Positions 62,501 through 64,000 of a stretch of DNA of 64,000 bases are shown here, piece by piece. Source of the DNA: Macrostomum lignano (taxonomy: Eukaryota). Location of the stretch: positions 1 through 64,000 of the forward strand of contig NIVC01002553.1 in assembly GCA_002269645.1 (NCBI GenBank). Reading direction: 5' to 3'. The translations under genes and the position numbers were made by a program. The notes beneath the pieces were generated by a model, which had not been told where the DNA came from, did not search any database, and was given only the letters and a program-made list of their open reading frames with translations. The number at the start of each line of letters is the position of its first letter. The stretch's first letter is position 1.

Positions 62501-63649
62501 GATGGGACTGGAATCCCCCTAAATATTAGGATGGGACTGGGAGTCCACCTAAATATGGGTGGTGGGACTGGAATCCACCTAAATATGAGGATGGGACTGG
62601 GAGTCCACCTAAATATCGGGATGGGACTGAGAGCCCACCTAAATATCGGGATGGGACTGGGAGTCCACCTAAATATCGGGAGTGGGACTCGGAGTCCACC
62701 TAAATATGGGGATGGGACTGGGAGCCCACCTAAATATCGGGATGGGACTGGGAGTCCACCTAAATATCGGGATGGGACTGGGAGCCCACCTAAATATCGG
62801 GATGGGACTGGGAGTCCACCTAAATATCGGGAGTGGGACTCGGAGTCCACCTAAATATCGGGATGGGACTGGGAGTCCACCTAAATATGGGGATGGGACT
62901 GGGAGCCCACCTAAATATCCGGATGGGACTGGGAGTCCACCTAAATATGGGGATGGGCTGGGAGTCCACCTAAATATCTGGATGGGACTGGGAGTCCACC
63001 TAAATATCCGGATGGGACTGGGAGTCCACCTAAATATCCGGATGGGACTGGGAGTCCACCTAAATATGGGGATGGGACTGGGAGCCCACCTAAATATCCG
63101 GATGGGACTGGGAGTCCACCTAAATATCGGGATGGGACTGGGAGCCCATCTAAATATCGGGATGGGACTGGGAGTCCACCTAAATATCGGGGTGAGACTG
63201 GGGCTCACCTATTGTAGATATTGGAGATGGGATTCAGTGGTCCGCCTGAAAATGGTTCGTGGTTCAGTGGTTCGTCACAACACAGCAGTATAATAATCCT
63301 CGCTCCCTCATTTAGGTACGTACTGCAGCCGTCCATGGACAAGCGCAACAAAATCACCGTGGACCCCAGCATCGATCACACGGCCAAGTGTCGCGAAATT
63401 GCCGCCAAAACTGCCGGCTTATCTGGCCGAGAGATCTCCAAGATTGCCGTGGCCTGGCAGGCGGCCGCCTACGCTTCAGAGACTGGCGTGATCGATGCCA
63501 ACCTGCTAGACGAGAAGGTCGCCCTGTCCGTGGCCGCCCACGCCAAGAAGGTGCAGTGGGCGATGCACACTCTGCCATTGGAGTCGGCTCCAGATGCTAC
63601 TGCCGGCTCTAAGCGAGACTATCTGTCGCCGAGTGTGCCGACATCTTGA
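53551..63649 (+). CDS. ATAD3: ATPase family AAA domain-containing protein 3 (mitochondrial), 599 aa
   Basis: Exons: 53551-53749, 58228-58304, 58410-58757, 59726-60184, 60337-60461, 61566-61823, 63316-63649 = 1800 nt with consistent phases. Motifs: [30 protein letters not shown], Walker [18 protein letters not shown], Walker [20 protein letters not shown]. Confidence 0.96.
54076..54739. mobile_element. Degenerate foldback element in ATAD3 intron 1
   Basis: 54076-54142 is ~80% identical by eye to the reverse complement of 54668-54739. Confidence 0.65.
54293..54470. mobile_element. Small hAT-type MITE nested in the preceding element
   Basis: Termini CAGGGGTGGAC/GTCCATCCCTA. 8-bp TSD AGGTCGTT/AGGTCATT with one mismatch. 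Confidence 0.7.
55853..56879. mobile_element. hAT-type non-autonomous element with ~100-bp TIRs and inverted subterminal arrays
   Basis: 8-bp TSD ATATGTAT (55845-55852 and 56880-56887). TIR ggccacactttg...ttaaacattatatagccttac... is mirrored at the right end. Arrays tttgccaaaattcct (56150-56370) versus aggaattttggcaaa (56565-56700). Confidence 0.75.
57930..58150. repeat. ~18-bp degenerate tandem (gtgaagtttagcgcttgt) in ATAD3 intron 1
   Basis: Read directly. Confidence 0.8.
58808..59052 (-). mobile_element. tRNA-derived SINE-like repeat, family 1, copy in ATAD3 intron 3
   Basis: Shares ggaatcgagcc...cgctggcacatcagagcgccgcgc.agac.act and gcagtcatacgca with 42134-42339. Confidence 0.65.
59085..59283 (-). 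mobile_element. tRNA-derived SINE-like repeat, second family
   Basis: Minus strand GCAGCTCAGCGGT (A-box-like) and GGGTTCGATTCC (B box), closely spaced with no anticodon arm. The downstream boundary is uncertain. Confidence 0.55.
60560..61490. repeat. 23-bp minisatellite (acacaagtaggatagaatgactg), ~40 units, ATAD3 intron 5
   Basis: Read directly. Confidence 0.96.
61944..63200. repeat. 30-bp minisatellite (ccacctaaatatcgggatgggactgggagt), ~40 units, ATAD3 intron 6
   Basis: Read directly. Confidence 0.96.
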
Positions 63650-64000
63650 ATGCAATCGTTAGAACTATCTCCGATGGTTTGTGTCTTTTATATACAATTT
63701 ATAAACTGTTTGCTAGGTACAATTTTCCAACTTTATGAATCATTTATTAGCAGTCTGTCGTATTGCTTGAATACACTTTTTAATAGCTAAAAATAATGTT
63801 AGTGCAAGTTGTGAGTTAATTTTTTATAAACTTGCATTTTCAATTACTGGCGCATTCTGAGACAGTCCAACCAGCTTATTGACTCCTCACTGACGCCTGT
63901 TGTCATTGACAACCGTCTCCAATGCCCACAAACCTTACTTAATCTATAGCACCATCTTGTTCAACCCTGAGTCGAGTAGAGGCAAATAATTATTGTTTCT

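Noticed and set aside
60523-63293. 200-340-aa ORFs on both strands in ATAD3 introns
   Set aside because: They are translations of the 23-bp and 30-bp minisatellites inside well-supported introns.

Overview
Eukaryotic, intron-containing, repeat-rich animal DNA. The compact GC-rich exons and large micro/minisatellites suggest a free-living flatworm such as Macrostomum, but this is inference only. Genes: intronless TRAPPC1/BET5 with a polyQ insert (+, 4.2-4.8 kb); an intronless orphan class-A GPCR (-, 19.0-20.4 kb); an AQP8/TIP-like aquaporin disrupted by an exonic MITE and a 1-nt frameshift (+, 30.0-31.8 kb); cytosolic malate dehydrogenase MDH1 (+, 4 coding exons, 334 aa); and ATAD3 (+, 7 coding exons, 599 aa). 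The main accessory feature is a 9.4-kb foldback-type Mutator (MULE, Rehavkus/FB-NOF-like) DNA transposon at 44051-53462. It has a perfect 9-bp TSD (CAAACGCAT) and long TIRs built from 183-bp tandem units. It encodes a minus-strand zinc-finger + DDE transposase fused through spliced exons to a Ulp1/C48 SUMO-protease-like domain, and it is inserted 88 bp upstream of the ATAD3 start codon. The rest is MITEs (several with 8-bp TSDs), tRNA-derived SINE-like repeats, an RTE-like LINE fragment and many unrelated tandem arrays. No CRISPR array or bona fide tRNA/rRNA gene was seen. All coordinates were read by eye and no database search was run.
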